Below, in pieces: positions 62,649 to 64,000 of a stretch of DNA of 64,000 nucleotides. The stretch spans positions 55,428,001-55,492,000 of the forward strand of contig NC_043009.1 of NCBI RefSeq assembly GCF_006345805.1, written 5' to 3'. The stretch's first letter is position 1; the number at the start of each line of letters is the position of its first letter. The position numbers were made by a program, and so were the translations under genes. The notes under the pieces were generated by a model that saw only the letters and a list, made by a program, of their open reading frames with translations, had not been told where the DNA came from and did not search any database. The stretch comes from Octopus sinensis (Eukaryota).

Positions 62649-63047
62649 CTGTAACAAAGAACGATGATGCAATGTTAAAAAAACTAATACCACCCCTAAA
62701 AAATACTTTTTTTAAAAGAAAAAAAAAGAAAACATGCGACAAAATAAATGTTTCTAACTAAATGTTGAGTGTTTTTTCCTTCTTCCTGTTCATCATAGTA
62801 ATGGTGGTATTGCTGTGGATGATGGTATTTATGTTGATGGTACTGTGGTTGGGGTGTGAATTTTCCATTGAATGTGTGTGTGTGTGTGGATACATACATA
62901 CATACATACATATACATATACATACATACATATATATATGTACACACACACACACATATATACAAAAACACACACACATGTATACACGCACACATACACA
63001 CGTATATATACATATATATATATATATGCATGGATTCATATTTATAC

Positions 63048-63090
<43 letters not shown>

Positions 63091-63825
63091 AATACATGTG
63101 TGTGTGTAGACTCACACACACATACATGTGTGTGTATATGCATATGCATATAGATATATATATATATATATATATGAATATATGTGTAGACATGTTTTTA
63201 TATATGTATATATATATGTATATGTGTATACAGGTATGTGTGTGTATGTGTGTGTATGTTTGTGTATGTGTGCCTCTGTGTGTGTATATATATATAGCAT
63301 GGAAGGCAGATGTTAAACGATGATAATGATGATGATGATGATGATGATATAATATATTATATATATATATATATTATATATATATATATATTATATATAT
63401 ATATATGTATATATATATACACACACACATATACATATATGTGTGTACATGTATTTATATGTATTTGTGTATTAGAAGATTAAGTTGTGGGTCACAATTC
63501 TACTATGTATATTAACTGAAAATAATAAAGAACAAATAAAACAATAAAAAAAAAATGCCATATTTTAATCTTGAGCAAGGCTGGGTATCTTTGCTAGTAT
63601 ATATATATATATTATATATATATATAGGCGCAGGAGTGGCTGTGTGGTAAGTAGCTGTTTACCAACCACATCCATTATTTAATCTTACTGGATTAGAAAC
63701 ACCATACAGATATGTGTGGGTTTGTCCATACACACAGGTTTTCACATACATAAAACTCTACATGACATGTTTCATTAATGGAAATGTATATGCATCGCAT
63801 CTGTGTATATATACATACATTTATA

Positions 63826-63870
<45 letters not shown>

Positions 63871-64000
63871 ATAATGGGAAAGTTTACGAAAATAAACAAA
63901 AGACGAAGGCAGGTGGAGTACAAATAGACAAATGTATTAGTATAGCGCTCAGGAATAGAAATAGAAAAAGTCTTTTACGTTTCGAGCCTACGCTCTTTGA

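Overview
AT-rich, microsatellite- and transposon-dense animal genomic DNA. The repeat families look like those of an octopus or other cephalopod; this is an inference. The only host gene I can support is a large intron-containing NRPS-like enzyme on the minus strand, with architecture adenylation - thiolation (PCP) - thioester reductase - second SDR reductase (A-T-R-R). I reconstructed 20 in-window exons (62648 down to the TGA at 15795-15797). All have GT..AG introns with compatible phases, giving 3046 nt and about 1014 aa of uninterrupted reading frame; the first part of the A domain lies beyond the right edge of the window. This architecture matches the fungal ATRR glycine-betaine reductase family (betaine to choline). 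Downstream of the gene (about 635-9470) lies a degenerate, collinear partial copy of the same locus with a frameshifted pseudo-exon and an inserted Ty3/Gypsy LTR element (5-bp TSD, most of the RT deleted). The rest is mobile DNA and simple repeats: mariner, Helitrons, RTE, CR1, R4-type and Penelope-like fragments, tRNA-derived SINEs, piggyBac-type MITEs, a 117-bp minisatellite, a perfect 242-bp palindrome and a degenerate tRNA-Asp.
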